This document shows positions 1 through 13,300 of a stretch of DNA of 64,000 bases, piece after piece. The stretch is from Bilabrum cf. latius (taxonomy: Eukaryota). The stretch lies in assembly GCA_965178125.1 (NCBI GenBank), contig OZ237743.1, positions 558,001 through 622,000 on the forward strand, written 5' to 3'. The notes under the pieces were generated by a model, which saw only the letters and a list, made by a program, of their open reading frames with translations, was not told where the DNA came from and searched no databases. The number at the start of each line of letters is the position of its first letter. Within the stretch, counting starts at the first letter, position 1. The position numbers and the translations under genes are program-made.

Positions 1-1
1 C

Positions 2-3000
2 ATGTTGCCCACCCAGCTGCCGTCCGCCGACACAGGTGATGTCCAGCTGCAGCTGAGTGGTCTCCCGACGGGGGCTGCTGCTGCCAACTTGTCAGTCTCG
101 TTCGGGTCCAGAGAGTGCCGCGTCCTGTCGCTGTCACCGGCAGGTCTCGTGACCTGCGAGCTGATCCGCGCACTTCCATTGCAGATGCCTCAGACCGCGG
201 TGCTACCCTTGGTGTACGTGTCCAACTGGGGATACGCACAGGTCGATGAAACCGATGTTGGGGGAGGTCTTGACACTGGCTTCCGGATCGACGGCCTATC
301 TGCATCCTCCGGCGGGATGGCTGGCGGCGCCACGGTGACCATCACCGGCCATGGGTTTGGGTCATCGGTGACTGCAAATGATGTGCAGTTCCGCAGCTCT
401 GGAAACAACGAGACCGGAACTATCACGATCGGCTGCGACGTCCAGAACGTGAGCGACGCGCAAATCGTGTGTCAAACTCGGAGCGTGGCTCCAGCTCTTG
501 CAGCCTCAGCTGGTAGAAGCACTGATGCGCAGCTTTCAGCGGACCTTTCGGGCGAATGGGTCGTGTCGAGAAACGGCATTCAAGCCCAGTCAGCATGCGG
601 TGGTTCGGCAACGGAGGGCCCTTGCAGCTATACGTTCCGAGCCAGTGAGACGCCGCAGATCCACGGCGTTGTCTTCAACGCCACGGGCATGAAGCTGACT
701 GTAACGGGATCAGGATTCAGTGTCTCTGCTGGTAGTATGACCGTCAGCGTTGGCGAGGAGGAGTGTGCGTTGCTCGCTTCGCCTCGTGCGTTGGGCGACT
801 CTAGCTCGCTGGAGTGTCTGGTCCCTGCTGTTCCAGCCGGAACATACCCAGTTCGAGTGCGAGTCGAAGGCAAAGGCTTCGCAAATGCGTCCTCGACTAG
901 TCCTCCCGAGATCATCGTGCCTCTGCTGGTGACCAGCATCCAGCCGTCAACCGGCTCTAGCCAGGGCGGGCAGCGCGTGGTTGTCCACGGCTCCGGCTTT
1001 GCCACCGGTCCTCGTGCAGGCGAGCTCAACGTCGTTCAGTTCATCGGGAGCGAGCTCGGGAGTTCCAGCACCAAGGCCGCCCGGGTGCTTGTGCAAGGGG
1101 GCGACGCGCCCACCAGCACGCGCCTAGTGATTGTGACCCCGGCATTCAACAACGCGCCGGGTCCCATGTCTGCCGACGTCCGAGTGAGGGTGCTATCCGA
1201 CTCGAGCCAAGGCTCATCAGCGGATGGGGTGCAGCAGGAGTGGCAGGAAGCCATGGTCTCACGGGCGCACACAACGGATGTGATTGACACGGCTGCAACG
1301 CCGCATCTAGAGGGCGTCACGCCTGAAAACGGGGAGGATGGTACGGCCATCACGCTCGCAGGGGCTGGGTTTGAGTCCACCATGCCTGCAGGGAGCAGCG
1401 TGTCAGTGGGCGGTGCATCTTGCAACGTGACAGCTTGGAGCGACACGAGCATTTCGTGCTCGCTGCGGCAAGTCAGAGCCGGGGTCCACCTGCCTAAGGT
1501 CACCGTGGGGGGGAAGGGCCTTGCGTTTCCACTCGATATTGTCACGTTCACCGCGTCGCATGCTGTCACTGGCATGGACGGTGCTGCGACGGGGTACGGC
1601 GGCGGCGCTACTGTCGAGCTGCGTGGCAAGGGCTTCCCCGCAGTGACACGAGCTGAAGCGAGCGCCGCCTACGCCCTGAGAGACGAGCTCATCGCCCAGG
1701 GCCGTCCTTTCGCAGCCGCCGTCGAGCCGCTTCCCAGCGTCGACGTATGCGGCCAATCGTGCGAGGTCATCGAAAGCACGTATAATGCAATTTCGTGCAA
1801 GGCACCGGCCTTGCTGAACGCGCAGGCCCTCTCGCAATTCAATGCCGAGGTGCCAAGGGTGCTGACTGTGCAGGGGGAATTCGCGGATGGCGAGCTGCTA
1901 GAGGAATCTATGAGCAGCCCAAGCAACGCGATGGACGGCGATGTCGCCACAACGGCTGCATCCAATTCTGCCGGCTGCCACATCGGGATGGACCTAGGGC
2001 AGAATCAAGAGGCTGTGCTGACTCGATTCGCGTGGTATCCCGATTTCTGGAAGGCAGCAGACACGCGCGGCGCAGTCGTGGAAGGCAGCAACGACGGCAG
2101 CTCATGGACTGCGCTAGCAGCCGTGGACGATGATGCGCAGGTGCTGGAGGGCTGGAACCACATCGATGTCCTCAATGGCCCGGAGGGCCGGCAATAGAAC
2201 GACCTGGGCGCCGAGGACGGCTACAGGTACCTCCGGTACCGCGCAACGAAGGGTCATTGTCGCGTCAACGAACTGGAATTCATTGGTATCGTTCGGCACA
2301 CCTCGCAGGGCGCGTGCGATGTGAAAGCAAGCCTGCCTGCCGGCACCGCGGCGAGCCAGCGACTAGAGCTAGACTTGAGCGGGCAAGGCACGGTGCAGTA
2401 CAGCAGGGAACTCACGCCAACGTTTCACGCCATCGAGCCAGTGCAAGGCTCCGCTCTCGGCGGGACCAATATAACTATCAGGGGGGAAGGTTTCGGGACC
2501 GACTCTACCGCAGCTGACGTTGCAGTTCACCTGAACGGGGTCCCATGCAAAGTATTTCGTGTGACTGACACGGCCGTCCAGTGCACGACAGGACCAAGAG
2601 ACAGGATTCGAGAACCTTCGGTGGATGTTCTGGTGGCCGGCCGAGGCCTGGCAATCGGAAACTCGACCGTGTATTTCAGGTACCTGGACCTCTGGAGCGC
2701 CCGCACAACGTGGGCCGGCAACGAGCCCCCGGTGGAGGGAGACACGGTGATCATCCCCGAGGGGCAGGCGGTGCTCCTGGACATTAGCCCGCCCCGCCTC
2801 TTCTTGATCCTCGTGCAGGGCGAGCTGGTCTTTGACCGCAAGGACGGGCTGCACCTGCAGTCGACGTACATCTGGGTGCACGGCGGGCATTTCCAGATCG
2901 GAGAGGAGGACAACCCGTTCACCAACAAGGCCACCGTCACATTGCATGGAGACCGCTGGAGCGACATCGAGCTGCCGGGAATCGGCGCCAAGACGCTCTC

Positions 3001-6000
3001 GGTGTCAGACCGCAACACCCGCAACGTGATCGTGCCCCACCGCCAGCGGGCCATTCTGGAGATCCACGGCGAGCCGCGCAAGAGGTCCTGGACCAGGCTG
3101 GGCGCCACGAGCGAGGCCGGATCGGACGTGATCGAGCTGCAGGAACCCGTGGACTGGCGTGTGGGCGACAGGCTCTTCGTGACCTCCTCGTCCGGCGACT
3201 ACACCCACCAGGAGGATGTCGCGGTCGTCGAGGTGCTCTCACCCACTCGCCTGAGGGTACACCCACCCTTCACGCGGTAGCACAGGCACCAAATCTTTGA
3301 CGGCGGGCCTTACGGACACTCGGATTCGGATCTTTCGGCGGCTGTGGGCCTCGAGACGAGGAACGTGGTGATCCAGGGATCGGGGTCCGAGCTCACGCAC
3401 GCGACGCAGCTGTTCGGTGGCCACACCATGGCCATGGGAGGTGGGATCTACCGCATTGAGAACGCAGAGGTGCGCAGGGCGGGTCAAGCTGGCATATTGG
3501 GGCGGTATCCCACGCATACTCACATGGCCGGCGCCCAGGCCAAGTACCACTACGTCAAGTCGCTGGCCGTGCACGACACCAACCAGAGGTGCGCCACCAT
3601 CCACGGCAGCAAGTACTACACTGTGTTCTCCATCGCTTGCACTCGCGTGAGGGGCCACAGCGTCTTTGTGGAGGACGGTGCCGAGGAGTGGAACGTGATC
3701 GACGAGAACCTCGTGTCTCGCACGGTCAAGATCTTCAACGGGCTCAAGGGCGACCTGAAGCCGGCGTCGTTCTGGACCGCATCCCCAAAGAACATCTGGA
3801 AGAATAACTTTGCTGCTGGTGGGTCGAACGACGGTGCGTGGGTAGAGTTGCCATCGCATCCGCACGGCCCCAGCTACTCGCTCAATCTGTGCCCGCAGCA
3901 CGACAGGCTCGGGCAGTTCATCAACAACACCGCGACCGCCAACGGGGTCCACGGGCTGCGCATCTACCCGTCCTATGTCCCATGGAAGAACCCTTGCAAC
4001 TGGCAGGAGGGGCCTCCTGATATGTACGAGACGTTTGCCAACCTGACCGCGTTCCGCAACGGTGGCAACGGCGTCTTCAACAAGATCGGGGGTGCCATCA
4101 ACATCAAGCACAGCAAGCTGATGGGCAACTCGATGGAGGAGGAGCGCAGAAGGACTCTTGTTGACGTGTACGGCCCTCCCCTGCACCAGCCCAACTCGGA
4201 AGGAAATCTCTACGTGCGCGATCCGGACGCGCCGCTAGATGACAGCGTGGTAGACGACAACGTGGCTCTCTTCGCCCCCCAGGACGAGTACTACTACGGC
4301 AAGGACCTGACCTTCGTGGGGTACGGCAGCGGAGGGGCCATCGCGGGGTGCGCCAAGTGCGACTCTGAGATCAACAAGAAGCAGGGCGGGTACACGTTCC
4401 GGTTCTCGGGGCTCCGATTCGTGTCGTCAGCAAAGCGGGTGCGCTTCACCATGCCGTACAAGTAGATCTTCCAGGACGATGACGGCAGCCTGACTGGCAC
4501 TGCCGGCGGCTGGGCGACTGCCTACCGGGCGTTCAACGTGTGGCCTGGACAGTGCGAGAGGAGGGAGGGCGACGAGTTTGACGGCGGGATCGTGTGCGGT
4601 AGCTCTGTCAAGGTGAGGCGCATCGCGGTGGATGGATTCAGGCCCGACGCCCTGCAGGATCAGATGCTCGCGCTGACCGTCAGGCGGGGCACCCAAGACG
4701 AGAGCTGGGACGTGCAAGAGTTTGACACCAAAACCGAGTACGGGTGGGTGAGCCCGGTGGTGACCACCAAGCACTACGACCTGTCCTTCCGTCGCTTCGA
4801 CAACGACCGTCCCCTGAACATCGACCTGGACTGGGTCCGACTCAAGCTGTCGGACCCGGCGTACGTCGATTCCGATGCGGATGACGAGTGGGTCACGCTA
4901 GCCCTGAACCGCACCTACTATGCTCACCACATCCGAGTGCGCATGCCCTTCGACGATGAGCACCAGACGGTGGACCCCGGCATGGACGGATACCTCGAGC
5001 AGAACCCCTCCCGTGCCGCGTACGCAGAGGACAGGAGCAAGTACTGGGAGAGGCCTCCCATCGGGGCGTGGGATGGCAATGTGTTCGGCCGGGAGCGGCT
5101 TCCCATCCCAACGGATGACATGGGCACTGGTTTTTACAACCAGTCCTCCAACACCTGGACCGTAGTGCTGAACAACCGGAACGTAACCGAATCAAGCGAA
5201 ACGCACCACGACTCGAAGGGTGACTGGAACCCTCACCGCCACACCAAGCACAGGATTGAGGCAAAGGCGATGCAGTGTCCGCCAGAAGGATGCGATGATC
5301 CCACGGTCATCAACGTGGAGGGAGAAGACAACTGGAGCTCCTACTTTGCGGGCAACGGTACTCGGGACGACCTGGTTGTCCCCCCGGGCCTCCGCCTCAT
5401 CTTCGACATGAGCGAATCGCCCGTGTACAGGCAGGTCCGGGTGGAGGGCGAGGTCGTGTTCCTCAACGATGGGAGCTCCAGGAAGCTGAACTGCGAGCAC
5501 CTTTTAATCTTTGGCAGGGTCGTCGTGGGCACTGAGGACGAGCCGTGGAAGGAGGGCAGCCAGGCCGAGATCCAGCTGCACTCGCTTCGAGGAGAGGTGG
5601 ATGACGGCGCTGTTGTGGACAACGACATCTACCTGGACGACAAGGTCATCTTTGTGGCAGGTGAGCTGCTCATGCACGGGCAGAGCCGGCTGGCGAACTG
5701 GGCCAGGCTGGCAGTCACGGCAGAGGCAGGAAATTCGTCGATCGTCTTGGACCGAAACACCGACTTGCAGCCCGGTGACAGGCTGTCCATCACTCCAACC
5801 GAATGGCCGGGGGCAGGGTCAGACCCGCTCGAGACCGAAGAAGCTGTGGTGGAGTCTGTCGGCAGCGACGGCCGGGCAATCGTGCTCGAGAAGCCCCTAG
5901 AGTACCGCCATTTCGCAGGTGAGGTCGAGTCGGGGTCGTCGCAGACGGTTGCCCTCCGTGCCGCGGTGGGCCTTCTGACCCGCAACGTGAGGATCACTGG

Positions 6001-9000
6001 AAATATGGAGCCCGATGGCGCGGATGGACTCAGGGACACGTTCGGCGGCCACATAGTCGTTTCTGAGATGTACGGTGCCCGCAACCCAGTCACTGGCATG
6101 AGGGGCACGTTCCAGGGGCGCGTGGACCTGCACTCTGTGGAGTTGGCAGAGCTCGGCCAGGGTGGAATGGAGCACTCCGCGCTGCTACTGCAGTTTGCTC
6201 CTTGGCGCACGGAGACGCCGGACAACCCCATCCAGACTCTGGAAGGTTGCAGCATGCACAGCATGCACAACTACGTGGTCAAGGGAGAGGGTCTCAGGAA
6301 CCTCGTGGCCAAGGACAACGTGTTTGCAAGCATCGTGAAAGGTGGCATCTACCTGGACGACAAGTCCGTGAACGCGACGGTCGACGGAAACCTCGTGTCT
6401 GGGCTCTTCCGAGCTGCAGACGAGACGACGAGGCTGGCACGGAACCGTGCCGCGTTCTTCATCGATGTGGAGCCGCGCAGCCTGCGAGGCAACGTGGCTG
6501 GCGGGATCTACGACACGGGCTTCACCCTTCGGCCGACTCGATGCGAGCGACCGTTCGAGTCGGTGGGCGCCGATGCGATTCGGGGCAACGAGGCGTTCGC
6601 GGGCAAGATCGGGTTCTTTGTTCTGTCCACGCGGAGCATGGAGGAAGACAAGTGCGTTTAGCTGCTGGACCAGCTAGCGTGGAAACAGGCGCACGTGGGA
6701 GTTCTCACCGTGGACCAGACGGCGCATTTCAGGCTGGATCGAATCACCGTGTCGGACAGCCACATTGGCTTCTCTCCCAATTTCAGGCGGGGGGGGAGCA
6801 TCAAGAGTTCCTACGTCGTGGTCCAGAACTCTCGATTCGTCGGCGTGTCGGACGCGAACGCGTGCGACGCCTTTAGGGAGTGCCACGCCGCGGGGGAGGG
6901 CGACGCGTGGGGCAGCAAGTGCAACTCCGTGCTGGGCTCCGGTTTCCTGACCGCGGGCATTCTCACTGCCCAGTTCACTAACAGGGGCAAGACGTGCACC
7001 CACGACGACGAGGTCGCGGTGTGCGAGCCGTCCAACACCCCGACCCGCATGTGCGCCATGCCGTGGGAGAGGCGGTACGGGCTGCCCTCCACGAGGCATG
7101 CCGAGTTCCACGTGCTCGACACGAGCTTCGTTGGGTTCGGGTCCGGGTCGAAGACGTGCGGCAATGACGCGTCTCAGCACACGAAGGCCATCGTCAGTAA
7201 CCCGTCCCAGGTAGACTTCTTCCCGCCCATGAAGCTGCGAGGCATTGACTGGCACGACACGGAGCACGCCGCCAAGTTCCATTTCTTCAAGCGCAGTGGC
7301 GAGACCAAGTAGCTGTGCGTCGACCAGGGATGCGACTCGTTCGGGCAGGTGTTCGTCACCGACCTGGACGGATCCACAGTGTCGAGCAAGAGAGCCGGGG
7401 CACACGTGCTCTCGGGGTGGGATCCGGGACACGCCGTCTCGGCTCCGGCCTGCGCGGGGGTGTCCGAGTGGCGGGGCATCGAGTGCGGCGCCGGTGACAC
7501 TCCGCCCGGTGCCTCGGCCAAGTCGTACCTCAAGCTTGTCCCGGCCAGCTTCGACAACCTTGATAGGGACAGGGGCTTCAGGCTGATCGGTCCCGTACAG
7601 GTGCAGCGGGAGGCGGCGCCCTCTGGAGAGTTCCGCAACACGTCAGCGGTGGGCCCGATTGCGGACCCTTGCGCCTTGCGGTTCCCGTTCAGCCAGTACC
7701 CCCACGTGCTGGAGACGGGTGTGACGAACAGGGTGCGGTTCGGGGGGACCCTCCCGGGCACCCTTCGCGCGGGGTACTTCTCGTCCGACCCCAACGACGT
7801 CAGCATCGTCAAGCTGTTCACGCAGAGGCCGAACGCCATCGAGGTGTTCTACAACGGGAGGCTGGTGGCGCCCGTCGCAGGCGACGCGCTCCCCACCCTC
7901 GCCGATCCAGCGGGCTCCAACAAGTTCGATCCCCAGTCCAGGCACCTCTTCCTTGTCATGAGGGGGGGCGATCCAGGGGCAGAGTACCTGATCCGGAGAC
8001 GATCCTCGGTACAGCTGGACCTGACGCTGGCCGTGTCTGTGGACGAATTCCAGGGCGACAACGTGGTGCAGAACCTGGCCACCCTGCTGTCCATCCCAGC
8101 GGATCGGATCAAGGTGGTCAGCGTGGAGGCCGGGTCCGCGAGGATTGCCGTGGAGATTTTGGACGAGGCCGAGTCCACTCTGGACCAGGGTGCCACCGTG
8201 CAGCAGGTGGGCCGGCTGGTCCAAGTGGGCGCCAGCATCAAAGAGGCGCTCACCGGAGGCCAGCTGGACCTGGGATACCCGGTCGAAGACGCTGAGGTCG
8301 GCATATCCAGGCCGGCGCTTGAGCCGCCTCCGTCGGATGAGGCCATGACGAGCGAGAGGGGAACCGTGCTGCCGCCTTCAAACCCCGAGGTGGACCAGCT
8401 GCTGCAGTCAGTCATGTCCAACGGATTCACCGACCTCGCGGCGCCGGCGGTTCCGCTTTTTGCGGGCGAGAACATCACGTACAACAACGTGACGATCCAG
8501 GGATACGTGGACACCAACTTGGACGACGTGTCTGACGCGGTCGGGGTGCCAGTACCCCTTGCGGCCGATGCACCGCCGGTTCCCGGCCGCAACACGACCA
8601 ACCGCGTCATTGTCCCCAGGGGTGGCGACGATGGGAGTTCTGGCGACGATGGGGGCGATGACGGCCTGCCTATGGCTGCGATCGTGGGCATCGCCGTGGG
8701 AGCCGCGGTTGCCCTGGCTGCTGGTGTGGCCGTTGTGCTCGTGTGCAAGGCAGGCAAGGACTAGAGGGAGACAGCCCCTTCAAATGGGACCAAGAAGGGA
8801 GATAATGGCACCATGTCGACAAAAGGGAGCAAGTACCTCGTGGGCTCCAATGCCAGTGCCAGTGCTTACGCCAACAGTACGCTCGCCGCGAGAGCAGCTG
8901 CCAACCCGCAGCTCGCGACAGTGCCACCGCCGCAGGCCTCAGGGACACCACCACCGGCAGATTGCGCCCGTCACGGATCTCGAGTGCACCCTGCCGGCGA

Positions 9001-9289
9001 GATCGTGGAATCGGGCGGCAAGGCGGCATTCGTTGGCCAAAAGGACGAGTTCCGAGGAGAGAATCCGGGACTGGGCCCCAGGGCTGTGGGCATGGCCGGG
9101 CAGTTCGCGGGGCGCAGCCGGGGGATCAGCGATGCCGCGCCGCGTGACGCTGCCCTCGTGACGGGTTTGGACGCCTATAGGGCGGGAGGCGGCGGGCAGA
9201 GGCCCCACCCAGGCCGTGCAGCGTCTCGCCCGTTGAAGGTGCGTACCGGCGGACCAGGTTCATCTGGTCGCCCCGCTTGGAAGGCTTGA
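2..9289 (+). CDS. Fibrocystin-L / PKHD1L1-like large type I membrane protein (IPT/TIG repeats, two G8 domains, parallel beta-helix, C-terminal TM); 5' end probably outside the window; TAG read as sense
   Basis: ORFs 2-2197, 2321-3280, 3344-4465, 4538-6661, 6695-7312, 7349-8764 and 8813-9289 share one frame, separated only by TAG (2195, 3278, 4463, 6659, 7310, 8762); ends TGA 9287-9289. IPT motifs (GGTNITIRGEGFG, GGATVTITGHGFG), G8-like segments (WSARTTWAGNEPPVEGDTVIIPEGQAVLLD; VRVEGEVVF), VGLLTRNVRI, TM AAIVGIAVGAAVALAAGVAVVLV. Confidence 0.85.
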
Positions 9290-9595
9290 GGCCCAAGGCG
9301 GTCCGCACCCTTCGTGAATGTATTTAGAAATGCTGCCACTGCCATTTTAGTGTTTCAGGCTGGCCGCTGATTTGATTCGGGCCTGACGACCACTGCATAA
9401 ATCCGACACACGGAAATTCAAATTGTACTGGTTTTTAAGACGGACCTATACAGCCGTTGTGCATCTCTTCCCGTAACAGGATGCAATTATTGGTCCATTT
9501 AAGCTGCGAGAGCCAGATGATAAGCCAGTGGAACACACAGCGGCACACCAGCGGAGCTAACGCAACGGCCTTGGCTTAGCGCCGATGGGCTCTCC

Positions 9596-9811
9596 ATGGC
9601 ACAGCGAGACGAAGCACCGGCCTGGCCTGGCATGCCAGCCTCCATTGATTTAGTCCTGCTCCGTGAAGAATCTCGGGAGGCTCTCTGGAGGCAGCTTGAA
9701 GCGGTGGTGGACCGGTTGCCCGTGCAGTCCAGTAGCCGCTCTAGCTCATTTCAAGTCTCAGCAGCAACCGAGTCAATGGTGACAGCAACAATAAAGGCGT
9801 TTCGAGACTGA
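9596..9811 (+). CDS. Possible small hypothetical protein (71 aa) or gene fragment
   Basis: ATG-to-TGA ORF in an unusually long (~1 kb) intergenic gap; no recognisable motif. Confidence 0.2.
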   Translation: MAQRDEAPAWPGMPASIDLVLLREESREALWRQLEAVVDRLPVQSSSRSSSFQVSAATESMVTATIKAFRD

Positions 9812-10352
9812 TCGCAACGCGATTACGCTGGGAGAGACAGTGGCAGGCAAGAAACGCGGTAGAAATACACAAAACCGACAACTAGTCGAGCAGTGCATCT
9901 GATGGAGGCAGCTGGGCCGCACGCGGTTCGAGATTTTATGCAAATATATGGCTAGGAATTTGTCTATCTCGGAATTTCTCCGCCAGATGCATGGCAGAGG
10001 GGAAATCTGGCGTTGCTTCGGGTACCGGCTCTCGGTTTTATTTTGCCCTCGGGTATGCGGTTGTAACCGATAAAACGATGAACGTTCACGAACATCGCCG
10101 AAGCGCGTGCCCACCGGTGCGATCCCTGCACGTATAATTTCTTTGATAGGAGAGCACAATCATCTTGCTTCTAAAGTAAATCCATATAACGTAATATTTG
10201 GGCCAAATATACTGTCTAATCATCCAGTTGTTTGAGTGAGAATTGCTTTGAGCGGACATGTTCTGGCGAAAATATTGATGGGGCCATTGTCATGCTGCGG
10301 CTTTCCGAACCCACTAGCTCTCCCTTTTATACGTGCAGGCATAAATTGCCGA

Positions 10353-13300
10353 ATGCAGAGTACAGGACCAACAATTGCGTCCGACCTGCCCGTGCGATCG
10401 TCTTCGGATGAATCGTATACCTTCCACCAGAACCCTGTGAACCTTGCCACGGCTGGCAAGCACGTAGTTATTGAGGATGCTAGCGACCTTAAGCCGCTTG
10501 CGAGCAAGCGAGGTGCGGCTAGTCGTTCCGGTGACGAGCATTGGTCATGGCAGAGGCACGTGATCGATTTCTGCGAGGGCAAGTCGTGCCCGAGCCGTTC
10601 GCAAGCCACGATTGGCCTTCTCCTCGTAGCTGGCCTCGTTGCACTTGTTGGATTCAGCGTTTATTTTGCTTAGAGTGGCGACGAGAGCAACGGCGGTGAC
10701 GTATTGCAGGGAGATGCCAGAGCTGGCACAACGGCATATTTGCAGGCGAGCATAACGCTCCGCACGAGCCACGGGAATCCTGCCTTCGAGTACGGTTCCC
10801 CCGCCGCGATTGCATTCTGTAACGCCGTGGAGGAAACCGCTTCCCTGCCGTCCGAGACTTGCAACGTCACGGCCATCCGGCCTGGGCTGATCGCCAGCTA
10901 GTCGAGGCAGAGGCAGCTGGCAGGAGCCAGGTCCTGGGCCAGCACAGAGGTGGAGGTGACACTCAGGTTGCCGCCCACCCACAGGCCAGCCCTCACTGCA
11001 GATGAACTCTCGTCCGAGCTTGGCGCCGCTTTGTCGCAGGCAGCCGAATCGGGCGCGCTCCTCGAGTCGCTGGCCCAGCACGGGGGCGGCCTGGGACTCG
11101 ACGGGATCGTGGACATCGACGTGGGGGAAGATGCGGCTCGACCGGCACCCCCCCCGCTGCCATCAGGCACGCCCACGCCATCCGTATCGCCCACACCGTC
11201 CATCACGCCGACGCCGACTCCGACTCCGTCCATCAGCCCCACGCCGGCGCCCATCCTGGCCCCGGTGCCAGGCGGGCCCATCCTCCGAGTCCCCCTACAG
11301 GCAGGCCCGTTTATGCTGCGGAAATCGACGCAGGGAGTTCTCATCCGCATGTTCCGGACCAACAGTGGGGACTGGTCTTAGGCTGGCAAGGAGACGCAGG
11401 TCCCTGCCGGCATGTCGTACGACGGAAGGGACTGGGAGTCCCAGCCGCCGCTGTACCTGACGTTCGACTGCCAGCCCCCCTTCGAGCCCCGGCCGAACCT
11501 GTGCGCGGTCGATCTGATGAGCATCGATGGCTCATAGCTCAACGGATACACGTACTGGGTGCAGGCGCACGCCGCTCCCGAAGCGACCGACGCAGAGCTC
11601 GCCTCTCGCTTCTTGATGAGCGCATCTTTCGGCGGGACGAAGGCCCAGATCGAGTCGTTTCACCAGGCCCCGCAAGGCGGCAGGTCCCAGCAGGAGCACC
11701 ACCTCGAGGCGGCGACCGAGTGGGTCCGCAAGCAGCAGGAGGACGTGCCGCCCACTCTGCACAGGGCCATGTTCCGGACCCAAGCCAACCCTCCCAACAT
11801 GATACGGGCAGAGACGGGGGGCTATCGCGGCGCGTGCGAGGTGAACTCGAGGTGGGTGCCGTACGCCATGACCATCCGGGACGTCAAGGCCCGCAGGCTG
11901 CACTTCGAAGGCATGAAGCTGTTCGTGGACGGCATGCCGCGCTCGATCATCACCGAGAATGCCACCTTTGAGGACGTTGACCTCGGGAACGGTCCCTGGA
12001 TCGTGTGCAGCGTGGAAGAGCGTGTCGGTGGGCGCGTCTCGTTCGGCATGAACTGTAGGTCAAGGCTCAGCAACCCGCAGATCTCATTCGAGGGCAACGG
12101 ACCGGACGGCCGAGTCGCCATGGTCAACCCCACGATGCAGGCAGTCCCAGCCCCGGCCAGCGATGTGTTCGTCCTGTCTCGGGCACCGTCCAGCTGCAGT
12201 GCTCCTGGGTTTGGGCCCGTGTTTGCCCGCACCACCTCGAGCAGCTCCAGCCTGCCGAAGTGGCTCATGCTAGAGAAGAGGCTGAGGCTCGTGGCCAACG
12301 CACTAGAGGCGCCCGCACAGGCAGTGCAGGGCGAGCACGGGGTGTGTCCGACGGTAAAGAAATCTTTTCTCAACGCGCACACGTGCGTGCCAGCGTCGTC
12401 CGGGTGCTCCAAGCCCCTGTACTCTTCGGCGCACTTCGTGCTGAATGAGACCTCGGCCCGCCCCTTCTTTGAGATCGAGGGCTAGTTTGTGTACGTTGTC
12501 AAGGGGCTCCGGCTCGACGACGCGAGAGATCCGTGCCGCGAAACCACCACCAGGTGGAGGCGCATCACCGACGACCCCCAGTGCTCGCAGGCATCCGCCG
12601 CTGGATCCAGTGAGATTGACGAGACCACGCACGCCTGGCTGGCCGGGCTGCTGGAGGAGGCGGACGATGGGGCCGCTGTGGTGGACATCCGCTCGCGCGA
12701 CTCGAGAGAGTGCACGCTGGCAGAAAAGGGTGTGCGCATTGAGGTGCAGGACAACTCGACGGGTACACAGGTGATGAGGTGCTGGGAGCACGTGCATGCA
12801 CAGGAGCTGTCCGTGTACGACATGTCATTCTGGACCGAGCACCACGATGGGAACAGGGACGCGTTTAATGGCCGCAGGCCTAATCCCATCAAGGCACCGG
12901 CACTGGCTGGCTCTGCCGTGATGCAGTACCCGTCGTGGCACGACATGCGTCGCTGGGACGGTAACGACCACCTTCACACGTACCTTGGTCGCGTGGGCGA
13001 ACGCGTGGATTTCGCAGAGCTGCCGCGCTCGATGCAGTCCAAGAAGATGGCGGCGCACTTCGGGTCGTCGCTGACCTGGGAGCGCGAAGACGACGGGTTT
13101 GAAGCTTGCGGGTCGCCTGGCGAGACCAGCAACGACCCTCGTGGTGGCAACCTGCAGTACTACACCATTTCGGAGGACGATAACATCAGCCAGCAGCAGG
13201 ACCTCGAGCAGTACACCGAGGACACGTTGGGCTGGTACACCAAGAGCAACGTGTGGCTGAACGTGGTCCACAGTGCGCCCGACTAGCTCCGTCAGAGGGT

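Noticed and set aside
9290-10352. Suppressor tRNA-Gln(CUA) or other RNA gene in the longer intergenic gaps
   Set aside because: I could not recognise a cloverleaf or convincing A/B boxes by eye; tRNAscan-SE on the whole assembly is needed.
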